Positions 1-6,989 of a stretch of 26,157 nt of DNA are shown here, piece by piece (within the stretch, counting starts at the first letter, position 1; every line of letters begins with the position of its first letter). The position numbers and the translations under genes were made by a program. Below the pieces are notes generated by a model. The model searched no databases. It was not told the DNA's origin and saw only the letters and a program-made list of their open reading frames with translations. This stretch comes from a virus (Duplodnaviria > Caudoviricetes), in IMG/VR virus record IMGVR_UViG_3300017739_002784, positions 1 to 26,157 of that record. One strand, written 5' to 3'.

Positions 1-143
1 ATGAAGCAGATAGTTGCTGCCAACAGAGTTGGGATCATCAGTACGCCGAACCAACCGACATAGAGGCGGTTATTGGTAGAAGTTACCCACTCGCAGAAAT
101 TATCCCAAGTGGATGTTTGTTGTCTTGAAAGAGTTGAAGCCAT
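1..143 (-). CDS. psbA: Photosystem II D1 protein, N-terminal part (runs off the window)
   Basis: Manual translation [47 protein letters not shown] is the hallmark D1 N-terminus. Not in the ORF track. Confidence 0.98.
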   Translation of the reverse strand, partial: MASTLSRQQTSTWDNFCEWVTSTNNRLYVGWFGVLMIPTLLAATICF

Positions 144-163
144 TTTGAAAAAGGGTTAGTTAT

Positions 164-265
164 GAGTGCGGGGAACACTAGGTAAAATATTCCAACTCTA
201 CCCTCCAGAGTTGGTATTAGAGACGTAATTTATACACCCTAAAGGTCTCGGTTTATGGGGTGTCA
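164..265 (-). ncRNA. Structured psbA 5' leader, PhotoRC-II-like RNA motif
   Basis: Stem ACACCC/GGGTGT (234-239/258-263) crossed by GAGAC/GTCTC (220-224/245-249) forms a pseudoknot. Hairpins CCAACTCT/AGAGTTGG (192-214) and AGTG/CACT (165-179). Position upstream of phage psbA fits PhotoRC-II. Confidence 0.75.
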
Positions 266-304
266 CAACAGTTAAGAAATGTAAACTTCTTTGTGCCGTT
301 GATA

Positions 305-338
305 TATTTATAATATACCAGATATGGTGTGCTGTCAA
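305..338 (-). promoter_or_regulatory. psbA promoter: sigma70-type (early) overlapping a T4-type late promoter
   Basis: Minus strand TTGACA (338-333), 17 nt, TATTAT (315-310). TATAAATA at 312-305. Confidence 0.8.
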
Positions 339-341
339 CCC

Positions 342-370
342 TTGACACCAGTTTAAAAAGTGGTTAGACT
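342..370 (+). promoter_or_regulatory. Divergent sigma70-type promoter
   Basis: TTGACA (342-347), 17 nt, TAGACT (365-370). Confidence 0.5.
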
Positions 371-426
371 TGGTTTGTGGTTCTTCAGGATACACTAATA
401 GATCTTTAATAAAATAGATATCTAAA

Positions 427-434
427 TATAAATA
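427..434 (+). promoter_or_regulatory. T4-type late promoter for the plus-strand operon
   Basis: Perfect TATAAATA 18 nt before ATG 453. Confidence 0.75.
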
Positions 435-452
435 CACACTTTGATCGATCTA

Positions 453-950
453 ATGAAAAAAGCATTATTTGCTTTAACTATGTTACTGATGACCACCACT
501 GCAGCAAATGCAGGTGGACTTGTTACTAAACATGCTTCAAGTGTTCAATTAACAGTGGATGCTGCAAGGTCAACTTCTACAAGAATTGGATCTTCATTTA
601 GCATTTCTGGATCTAATATAGATACTACTGATGGTTCTACCGCAGGAACTGTTTCTGCTGGGACTATCACTTCTGGTGTATATTCTCCAGGAACTATCGC
701 AGCAACTCAGGATACTGCAGGTGCAGCGTTTAGTTTTAGTCAGTCATATACTCAAGCTGATACAGTTCCAGCTGCTGCAGTTTCTATAGGTGCTGCTCCT
801 AACTTCTCAAGCGTTACTTCATATGCTGCTGGAGCAAAAGATAGCTTAGCAGGTACTGTAACCTCTGCTGGTATTCTTACGGTGACAGCTGGTGGGGCTG
901 GTACATCTGCTACCGGACAATTCGTGAGCGAGATCACTGTAATTGACTGA
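453..950 (+). CDS. Secreted Thr/Ser/Ala/Gly-rich beta protein, hypothetical
   Basis: Sec signal MKKALFALTMLLMTTTAANA. ATG 453 preferred over TTG 441. Confidence 0.85.
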   Translation: MKKALFALTMLLMTTTAANAGGLVTKHASSVQLTVDAARSTSTRIGSSFSISGSNIDTTDGSTAGTVSAGTITSGVYSPGTIAATQDTAGAAFSFSQSYTQADTVPAAAVSIGAAPNFSSVTSYAAGAKDSLAGTVTSAGILTVTAGGAGTSATGQFVSEITVID

Positions 951-964
951 TAACGGAGGTCGTA

Positions 965-1435
965 ATGACTTTTGGAAAGACGATACTTTGGTCTGTTCTA
1001 AGTGCGGTGGTTGCAAGTGTCATACCTGCAGCTGCCCTGGCGGTCCCCGTGGTCCCGAACTTCACACAGGGATCAATGACAAGCCACACAGAAACAACAT
1101 CGAAGGTGACTGAAACTATTAATTCTATTGATTATAATACAGGATGGCAATACTCAGTAACTGGTACAAACGTGAACAATGGTGGAGCAGCATTAAATCC
1201 ATCAAATGTGACCAACAATGTAATGGTAAATCCACTCGGAGGAATGGAGGGACAGGTTTCAACGACCAACACCTCAGCAAATCTAGGATCAGCGAATTTT
1301 ATAATAACGGATCCGAAAGAGGCATTTCAATTTACTCAAACGTATTCGGGTCCAGGAATGTCAAATCAAACAATTATTCAAAGAGTCACGGAAGTCCAAA
1401 GCGTAACAGATACCACAAGTGTTTTTACGCAATAA
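965..1435 (+). CDS. Secreted Thr/Asn-rich hypothetical protein
   Basis: RBS GGAGG at 955-959, signal peptide ending in ALA, and motif AFQFTQTY resembling AFSFSQSY of the previous gene. Confidence 0.85.
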   Translation: MTFGKTILWSVLSAVVASVIPAAALAVPVVPNFTQGSMTSHTETTSKVTETINSIDYNTGWQYSVTGTNVNNGGAALNPSNVTNNVMVNPLGGMEGQVSTTNTSANLGSANFIITDPKEAFQFTQTYSGPGMSNQTIIQRVTEVQSVTDTTSVFTQ

Positions 1436-2442
1436 TTGCATTGTTGGTTGCATCACCAGTAAGAGCGAACGTGGGTGGTGTATCAGCAACAGCAAACCCC
1501 ATCGCAAATAGTTCCGGCTCAGTGACCAATCAAGCCATTCAGGTTTTACAAGGTCCATATGTAACTAACAGTTATGGTGGTGGAATCTCCTGTCAAGGAC
1601 CAACCGCAAATATAACGCCATTTGTTACTCATAGTAGAAGTTATCAAGATCCTTTTGAAACTTACTACTTAGAACCTCAATATGATGGCAGAGATGTAAA
1701 AGGTCAAAAAGTAGAGATACAGCAACAAGTTAAAAACTATCCCTGGGAAGAATGGTATGACAATAGGGTCAGAACAGATCCTAATGATCCTCTTTATGAT
1801 GTTAATGAAGATGGAATAGCAGATAGATGGTTTGAAGATGGTGCTGATATGACCATCGTTGTTGAAGATATTCAACCAGACGGGATTCCAGATAAACCTG
1901 GAAAAGTTCTCTGGAACAAACCGGTAAGAACAGGACAGCAAGATAATATTAGTACCAATATTGGTCTATCAGCAACCTTGTCTTTTCCACTTGATGGTGG
2001 ATTGCAGGAGCGTTGTAAAGCAGCAGCAGACACTCAAACTGCATTGATGAGACAAACAGTTGCTAATAAAAGATTAGATTTTGAGATTGCTCGTCTTAAG
2101 AATTGTGGAGAATTAATGAAGGCTGGAATTCGCTTTCATAGAAGAAGTCCCTATTATGCAATTTGTGCTGATGTGGTAGTAGAAAATGTAACTACTATTC
2201 CCCAACACAAACACTCTATCCCTTCTTCTTCGGTTCCTTTAAGACAGGCAAACCCCGCTTCTCCCGGTACTGATTCGCAAGCACCTCTTGACGGGACAAT
2301 CTCCGGGGTTTCTTTCCCAATAAGGACTGGACCTTTGTCAGCGCCTTCTTCACAGCCGGTTTCACCACTCTTAACAAAAGATCAGCAAGAGGTTTTGCAA
2401 ATATTGCCGAAGACGTTGCCACAACAGCAATCGAAGCAGTAG
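1144..2442 (+). CDS. Exported Cys-containing hypothetical protein (start uncertain; overlaps the upstream gene in the -1 frame)
   Basis: Long ORF with an internal signal-like segment KRNRYHKCFYAIIALLVASPVRA, acidic DxNxDG-like loops and four Cys in the mature part. Confidence 0.75.
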   Translation: MAILSNWYKREQWWSSIKSIKCDQQCNGKSTRRNGGTGFNDQHLSKSRISEFYNNGSERGISIYSNVFGSRNVKSNNYSKSHGSPKRNRYHKCFYAIIALLVASPVRANVGGVSATANPIANSSGSVTNQAIQVLQGPYVTNSYGGGISCQGPTANITPFVTHSRSYQDPFETYYLEPQYDGRDVKGQKVEIQQQVKNYPWEEWYDNRVRTDPNDPLYDVNEDGIADRWFEDGADMTIVVEDIQPDGIPDKPGKVLWNKPVRTGQQDNISTNIGLSATLSFPLDGGLQERCKAAADTQTALMRQTVANKRLDFEIARLKNCGELMKAGIRFHRRSPYYAICADVVVENVTTIPQHKHSIPSSSVPLRQANPASPGTDSQAPLDGTISGVSFPIRTGPLSAPSSQPVSPLLTKDQQEVLQILPKTLPQQQSKQ

Positions 2443-3004
2443 CAGTCACCGCACCTGCTGATGGAATATTTCCTATGATTTGTGCAGTCACACCAATATC
2501 TTCTGTGACCTGAATACACTCCATACCAACTAATCGATATTCCGTAACTTTCTGATCACCTTTTATAAATCCAACAGGTTCTTTAAGTCCTTGTGCTTCT
2601 GTCGGACAATCAATACCTTGATTTGGTGTTTTAGGAACATCAGGTGTCTTTGCTTCTGGTGGTTTAGGTGCTTCTGGTTGTTCTGGTGATCTTACTGGAG
2701 GAACTTCCTGAGATCTTTTCTCTGTTTCATACTGCAATCTTCTAGCATCATAATTGATTGCATTGAAACTTGGCATCTGACCGTCACAAAATATCTTTAC
2801 CTGATCTGGATCATTGTTGGGTAAATTAGCATTCTTATTACTATCTTCATGCGACTCCACACAGCCAGGCATATTCACAATAGGAAGACCCACCTGTGAT
2901 GTTACAGGTGGGTAAATTGGAACAGCGATTGATGGTTCAATTGCCCACCGTGGAACTGTAGGAACACTTAAATCACGAATATTAATATAAGGTATATCCT
3001 GCAT
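2216..3004 (-). CDS. Pro-rich hypothetical membrane protein with a C-terminal anchor
   Basis: 262-aa ORF with four Cys, a Pro/Glu/Lys linker, hydrophobic ASIAVVATSSAIFA and a basic tail. TAATG-coupled to the upstream ORF. Confidence 0.8.
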   Translation of the reverse strand: MQDIPYINIRDLSVPTVPRWAIEPSIAVPIYPPVTSQVGLPIVNMPGCVESHEDSNKNANLPNNDPDQVKIFCDGQMPSFNAINYDARRLQYETEKRSQEVPPVRSPEQPEAPKPPEAKTPDVPKTPNQGIDCPTEAQGLKEPVGFIKGDQKVTEYRLVGMECIQVTEDIGVTAQIIGNIPSAGAVTATASIAVVATSSAIFAKPLADLLLRVVKPAVKKALTKVQSLLGKKPRRLSRQEVLANQYREKRGLPVLKEPKKKG

Positions 3005-3135
3005 TACAACAAAATAGCACCAATAATAATTCCCTTACCAAATGCAATCCATGACATTTGATAACCATTTAAATTAAACTTCTTTCTAATTGGACGATAT
3101 ACTTTTCTTCTGTGCCATTTAAACAAGCGTTCCAT
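3004..3135 (-). CDS. Small basic membrane protein (43 aa)
   Basis: MERLFKWHRRKVYRPIRKKFNLNGYQMSWIAFGKGIIIGAILL. Strong RBS AAGGAG; its stop overlaps the next ATG. Below the ORF-track cutoff. Confidence 0.75.
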   Translation of the reverse strand: MERLFKWHRRKVYRPIRKKFNLNGYQMSWIAFGKGIIIGAILL

Positions 3136-3577
3136 GTTCTCTCCTTATTTCTCTAAGTTCTTCAAAATCTTTCTGTTTAGTACCACCGTCATATGCCCAT
3201 GCATATCCTTCCTCAATCATTGCTTCGTTGAGGGACACTGCTGCATCCCCAAGGTATAACCACCCAAGAAGACGGCCATACTTCCCAACACCGCCGACAA
3301 GTTCAGTACGGATAACAAGATCATCGTCACCAGCCAACGCCCCTTCCAGTTTTTCTTTGAGCCAGTTGGTTGCGTCGATTCCAAGTGCTTTCTCCTCTAA
3401 GTCTCTAGTGCGTTTTTCTGGGGTGTCTACACCTGCTACACGGACTCTTTCTTTCTTAAATAAGTCAAATCCTAGATCAATAGTAACATCTATTGTATCG
3501 CCGTCTAAAACCCGATTGATTTCAACTACGCGGAAGTTGTAACAACTCTTCCGATTGGGGGGAACCATAGCGCCCAT
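3119..3577 (-). CDS. Thermonuclease (staphylococcal nuclease-like) family nuclease
   Basis: Motifs VLDGDTIDV, RVRVAGVDTPE, KYGRLLG and LNEAMIEEGYA. Confidence 0.88.
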   Translation of the reverse strand: MGAMVPPNRKSCYNFRVVEINRVLDGDTIDVTIDLGFDLFKKERVRVAGVDTPEKRTRDLEEKALGIDATNWLKEKLEGALAGDDDLVIRTELVGGVGKYGRLLGWLYLGDAAVSLNEAMIEEGYAWAYDGGTKQKDFEELREIRREHGTLV

Positions 3578-3788
3578 TCTCTACCTCCTTTGCATCTACT
3601 GCAGCAATAAAACCGATTAATGTAATGGCAGCAGTGATGACAGCGCCAGCACCCCAAACCCACCTTTCAAGTTTGCGAACACGGTCACGAAGTTCTTCAG
3701 ACACCTTTTCAGCATCTTCAATCCTGTGCTTCAGAAGAAATATCTCCTGATCCTGGTTCGCATCTTTCTGGTTGATTTGTTCCGCCAT
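3522..3788 (-). CDS. Coiled-coil plus single-TM protein (XhlA/holin-accessory-like architecture)
   Basis: Heptad-rich N-terminus followed by WVWGAGAVITAAITLIGFIAAV. Confidence 0.6.
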   Translation of the reverse strand: MAEQINQKDANQDQEIFLLKHRIEDAEKVSEELRDRVRKLERWVWGAGAVITAAITLIGFIAAVDAKEVENGRYGSPQSEELLQLPRS

Positions 3789-3924
3789 TTTCCAACTCCT
3801 GGAATGCCAGTTTCATAATAGTATATATGTAGTAAAAAGTTCCAATCAAAAGAATTATTATGCTTATGATGACACTCCAGACAGGATCGTTTAAGTTTTC
3901 ATGTGTTCTTAATAATAAATTCAT
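3718..3924 (-). CDS. Small single-TM hypothetical protein
   Basis: VWSVIISIIILLIGTFYYIYTI. Late-promoter-like TAAATA at 3937-3932. Confidence 0.65.
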   Translation of the reverse strand: MNLLLRTHENLNDPVWSVIISIIILLIGTFYYIYTIMKLAFQELENGGTNQPERCEPGSGDISSEAQD

Positions 3925-3934
3925 TAGCAATTAT

Positions 3935-4216
3935 TTAAGTAACTTTTTCTTTTTTCTCCTCTTCTTTTTTCTCTTCTCTTTTATCTTTTTTCGCTGGAAC
4001 AACCCCGAAAGTAGCTAAAGTTCCGGTGAACACGCTGGCTATAAAAGTCGGATCGATGTTTTTCTGAGGAACACCAGGAATAGTTACATAATTAAGTGTA
4101 AGAATTGCTGCGGACCACGAAAGAATAACAACACGCACCAAAGCGGACAATCCTTCGTCCGCCCAATCAAACTTATTCGACTGTTTTTCCTCTTTCTTCT
4201 TTGGAGCAGACTCCAT
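3935..4216 (-). CDS. Two-TM membrane protein with highly charged termini (holin-like topology)
   Basis: Two hydrophobic helices and a Lys/Glu-rich C-tail. ATAAATA late-promoter-like site at 4244-4238. Confidence 0.7.
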   Translation of the reverse strand: MESAPKKKEEKQSNKFDWADEGLSALVRVVILSWSAAILTLNYVTIPGVPQKNIDPTFIASVFTGTLATFGVVPAKKDKREEKKEEEKKEKVT

Positions 4217-4240
4217 ATTGAAAGAGCAAGGCAACTTTAT

Positions 4241-4915
4241 TTATTTGATATAATTATTTTCACGCAACCATTCCTCGGTCAATGGTGTTGGTTTATAAAC
4301 CTCCCACATCTTTCCAGTAGCACATGCATCAAGTGCTTTGGCGGTCATGCCTTCTGTATGTCCTGCCCAAAATGCTTCCTTCTCCCAAGGAATTGCACCT
4401 GGAGTCATTCTGTAAGTGTCTTTAGCAATCGCCTGCCACATCCTAGGAACATCTTCTTCATTATGAATAATAGCAATCAAACTGTTATCAATAGTTCCTG
4501 CCATACAATCCTGTGCAGCGTGCCACCCTTCATGCCTGGTCACTGCCATGAGTGTGCTTTGGCGATGCATAAAAGATTCATTCAAAAAGAAATTATTAGA
4601 AACCGTATGATAAACACCTCTGTGCCCAGGTGGAAAATATTTTTCATTCCCTAAAAAGACACCAACTCCGACCCTATCAAAAGAGGCGATGATGTCATCA
4701 AACTCAGAATCAATGCTACTAAAATCACGGTTGGGATAGTGATCCTTAATATCTTGAATACTTTTGATTCGTTTAACATCTTTAGCGCATTCCCTTAAAA
4801 TCATACAACCCATGGCATCCATGGTGTAATACCCCTTTGTAGGTTCTGCTTTCATAGGGACAGTTGTCCCATGAACCATACCCAGAAGAAGTCCAGTAAT
4901 AATATGCTTTATCAT
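4241..4915 (-). CDS. Putative exported zinc metallopeptidase
   Basis: HEGWH (HExxH) with a downstream EKEA third ligand, plus an N-terminal signal-like segment. Confidence 0.7.
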   Translation of the reverse strand: MIKHIITGLLLGMVHGTTVPMKAEPTKGYYTMDAMGCMILRECAKDVKRIKSIQDIKDHYPNRDFSSIDSEFDDIIASFDRVGVGVFLGNEKYFPPGHRGVYHTVSNNFFLNESFMHRQSTLMAVTRHEGWHAAQDCMAGTIDNSLIAIIHNEEDVPRMWQAIAKDTYRMTPGAIPWEKEAFWAGHTEGMTAKALDACATGKMWEVYKPTPLTEEWLRENNYIK

Positions 4916-5178
4916 GGAAGATCCACACCACCAGTCATCGAAGGTCCTGCCCCACCGAAGGGAATAGCACCTCCTGTAGCACCAGGAAGTTCTGGCATGG
5001 CAGAATCAATCATACCAGGAAGAGCACCTGCAATCGCTTCTGTTGCTGCTGTAGCAACTTTTTCTTTAACACTTGCAAGGATAGAATCCTTTTGCAAATA
5101 AACATAGGTGCCACCACCAATGATACCTGCAACACCAACAAATGATAAAACTGCTAATACGTTAATTACTTTTTGCAT
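4912..5178 (-). CDS. N-anchored membrane protein with a Pro/Gly tail
   Basis: TM VINVLAVLSFVGVAGIIGGGTYVYL; ATGA coupling to the next gene. Confidence 0.75.
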   Translation of the reverse strand: MQKVINVLAVLSFVGVAGIIGGGTYVYLQKDSILASVKEKVATAATEAIAGALPGMIDSAMPELPGATGGAIPFGGAGPSMTGGVDLP

Positions 5179-5380
5179 AATAAGCCTCGTAATATTTTAC
5201 AATCCCAAATGATGTTTTATGTCCTTGTGATATCCAATCATGGGCACATTCATAAATGGATTGTCCTGAATATTTAGGTTCACTATTAACAAGTTCTCCG
5301 CCGTACTTTGAAAGAAGAATCTTCAGAACTTCTCCCCTCAAATTCATACGATTATCATCATAACGCCAATCTTCATTCAT
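5162..5380 (-). CDS. Hypothetical protein
   Basis: ORF starting MNEDWRY that overlaps the stop of the upstream gene. Confidence 0.65.
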   Translation of the reverse strand: MNEDWRYDDNRMNLRGEVLKILLSKYGGELVNSEPKYSGQSIYECAHDWISQGHKTSFGIVKYYEAYYAKSN

Positions 5381-5771
5381 GGAAATTTTCTGATCCTCCC
5401 TGGAAGTTTTCAGATCCACCAACAGGATCTAATTGAAGCGTAGTTGCAGAACTTTTAGTTGCAATTTCATACATTAATTGATGAATATTATCAGGTTCTC
5501 CTTTACCAACTTCCTGTGCTTGCTGCTGCTTGATAAAAGTTTCTTGCTCAATATAATCAAGTTGTTTTTGGGAACGTGCAGGAGCAGGTCCAAACCAAGG
5601 ATCATCTTCAAGATAGACAGGTGCAGGAACGCCAGTGTAATAATTCAGAGCATCTTGTTTAAATGCTTCACCTTCGCATTCTACAATCTGCTCATCAATA
5701 GCACACTGTATTTGATCTTCAGTGATTTTTCTTTTTGGTTCTAATAGAGTCTTAATTGCTTTAATAATCAT
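5373..5771 (-). CDS. Hypothetical protein
   Basis: 132-aa ORF, ATGA-coupled to the hydrolase gene. Confidence 0.7.
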   Translation of the reverse strand: MIIKAIKTLLEPKRKITEDQIQCAIDEQIVECEGEAFKQDALNYYTGVPAPVYLEDDPWFGPAPARSQKQLDYIEQETFIKQQQAQEVGKGEPDNIHQLMYEIATKSSATTLQLDPVGGSENFQGGSENFHE

Positions 5772-6178
5772 TGCCAGTGATAATGGTAGAAATTTCCGTT
5801 TGAACTACACATAGGATCCTCCGATGGAACCCTGTGCCTAAGCATAGATTGTCCTTTAAAATCTGTTCTGTTTCCTATGATGCTATATGCTTTTAATATG
5901 TTTTTTCTTCCTTCTAGGGAGTTTAATTTGTTTACCAGCACCCAATCTGTTTTAGGATATTTGGAATCAAATCCTTGATACTGATGTTGACCTCTACTAC
6001 TCTTTGCATGAACAACTTCATGCACACTGTTAGGGAACACCTTAGAATTGACTCTATTAAGAACAGAGGCAGCGACACAATACTCGTCGAAGGTATTCCC
6101 AACTGCTTCTACGCGAATTACTTTAGCAAGATAGGTATAATCAAGTGGTGTTAAAGATAGTAGCAGTTCTAGAAACAT
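5768..6178 (-). CDS. SleB-like (Hydrolase_2) cell-wall hydrolase / lytic transglycosylase
   Basis: LAKVIRVEA (catalytic Glu), VAASVLNRV, FPNSVHEVV and QYQG match the SleB pattern. Confidence 0.8.
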   Translation of the reverse strand: MFLELLLSLTPLDYTYLAKVIRVEAVGNTFDEYCVAASVLNRVNSKVFPNSVHEVVHAKSSRGQHQYQGFDSKYPKTDWVLVNKLNSLEGRKNILKAYSIIGNRTDFKGQSMLRHRVPSEDPMCSSNGNFYHYHWQ

Positions 6179-6180
6179 AT

Positions 6181-6209
6181 AAAAAAAGAGGTCTTTTCTT
6201 AGACCTCTT
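6181..6209 (-). terminator. Rho-independent terminator of the hli cluster
   Basis: AAGAGGTCT/AGACCTCTT stem followed by a U-tract on the minus strand. Confidence 0.75.
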
Positions 6210-6239
6210 AATATAGTATACCTATTTAGTTTTTGTCAA
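6210..6239 (-). promoter_or_regulatory. Promoter for the envelope-gene block (sigma70-like plus late-like CTAAATA)
   Basis: TTGACA (6239-6234), 18 nt, TATATT. CTAAATA lies inside the spacer. Confidence 0.5.
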
Positions 6240-6364
6240 GAGGGTGATGGTGAATATACTGGTGTCATCATCCCTCCATCTGGACCGTCATCATCATCAA
6301 CATCATCACTCAATAGGGCAGCAAATATAAACCCTCCTAACATGGACGCTGCTATGAGTAACAT
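6236..6364 (-). CDS. Small membrane protein with acidic tail (42 aa)
   Basis: MLLIAASMLGGFIFAALLSDDVDDDDGPDGGMMTPVYSPSPS, read manually. Confidence 0.7.
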   Translation of the reverse strand: MLLIAASMLGGFIFAALLSDDVDDDDGPDGGMMTPVYSPSPS

Positions 6365-6369
6365 ATCGT

Positions 6370-6477
6370 TCACCAAATACCAGGGATAATCTGTCCTGTG
6401 ACTGCATATGCACCCATGGCGGCAATAACACCGATCATAGCTGCAATTCCATTAATACGTTCTGCGGTTTCGTTCAT
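6370..6477 (-). CDS. hli: High-light-inducible protein (35 aa)
   Basis: MNETAERINGIAAMIGVIAAMGAYAVTGQIIPGIW has the AExxNG..AM and TGQIIPGI motifs. The canonical Arg of NGR is Ile here. Confidence 0.93.
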   Translation of the reverse strand: MNETAERINGIAAMIGVIAAMGAYAVTGQIIPGIW

Positions 6478-6686
6478 GAGTTTAAAGTGAGATAAAATTT
6501 ACTTTGGTCTGAAGGTGAGTTTTCGTAGATAGAAGAATCACCGTATACTTTGTGGTCTTTGTATCCAACCATGCGACCCTTTGTGTTTTGAAGGGCAGGC
6601 ATGAAGGCAATGATAAAGAATACTGCAGGTGCTCCGATAATGAGACCACCAGCAATTACATAATAAGTTAGAAGTTCAAGCATCAT
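6474..6686 (-). CDS. Small membrane protein within the hli cluster
   Basis: Hydrophobic N-terminal half; lacks the ExxNGR chlorophyll-binding motif. Confidence 0.7.
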   Translation of the reverse strand: MMLELLTYYVIAGGLIIGAPAVFFIIAFMPALQNTKGRMVGYKDHKVYGDSSIYENSPSDQSKFYLTLNS

Positions 6687-6905
6687 TCAGAATCCGAAAA
6701 CACCAAAGAAAAATACACTACCAGTAGTAGCATAGCTGACAATAGCAGCAACAAATCCAAGCATAGCAGTGCGTCCATTTAATTTCTCCGCACGTTCTGC
6801 GTAGGTCTCGTAACCATAACGCTCAGCGTCAGACTTGGAGACATACATTTGTGGCTCTTTAGCGAACAAATTTTGTTGCCCTAATTCATTTGTCGTTACA
6901 GTCAT
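6687..6905 (-). CDS. hli: High-light-inducible protein
   Basis: AEKLNGRTAMLGF motif. Confidence 0.95.
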   Translation of the reverse strand: MTVTTNELGQQNLFAKEPQMYVSKSDAERYGYETYAERAEKLNGRTAMLGFVAAIVSYATTGSVFFFGVFGF

Positions 6906-6914
6906 TTACTTTAT

Positions 6915-6932
6915 GTTGCAAATCTTTACATA
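6915..6932. promoter_or_regulatory. HLR1 (RpaB-binding)-like direct repeat over the hli transcription start
   Basis: GTTGCAAA-TC-TTTACATA versus consensus (G/T)TTACA(T/A)(T/A)-N2-repeat; one mismatch. Confidence 0.65.
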
Positions 6933-6960
6933 GTATATAGTAAAAAAGCACCCCTGTCAA
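6932..6960 (-). promoter_or_regulatory. Sigma70-type promoter of the hli cluster
   Basis: TTGACA (6960-6955), 17 nt, TATACT (6937-6932). Confidence 0.85.
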
Positions 6961-6968
6961 GGGGTGCT
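6942..6968 (-). terminator. pstS terminator
   Basis: AGCACCCC/GGGGTGCT stem plus U-tract; the loop is the -35 hexamer. Confidence 0.85.
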
Positions 6969-6989
6969 GTGTAGTGATTTATACTTATA

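Noticed and set aside
268-285. Possible HLR1 site in the psbA leader (TTTACATT-TC-TTAACTGT)
   Set aside because: Only one half-site matches well, so it is too weak to call.
198-437. 79-aa minus-strand ORF upstream of psbA
   Set aside because: It spans promoters and the structured leader and has no protein-like features.
6286-6308. (TCA)n trinucleotide runs here and near 25780
   Set aside because: They simply encode poly-Asp tracts.
6474-6686. Third hli gene
   Set aside because: It lacks the ExxNGRxAM motif, so it is kept as a hypothetical membrane protein.
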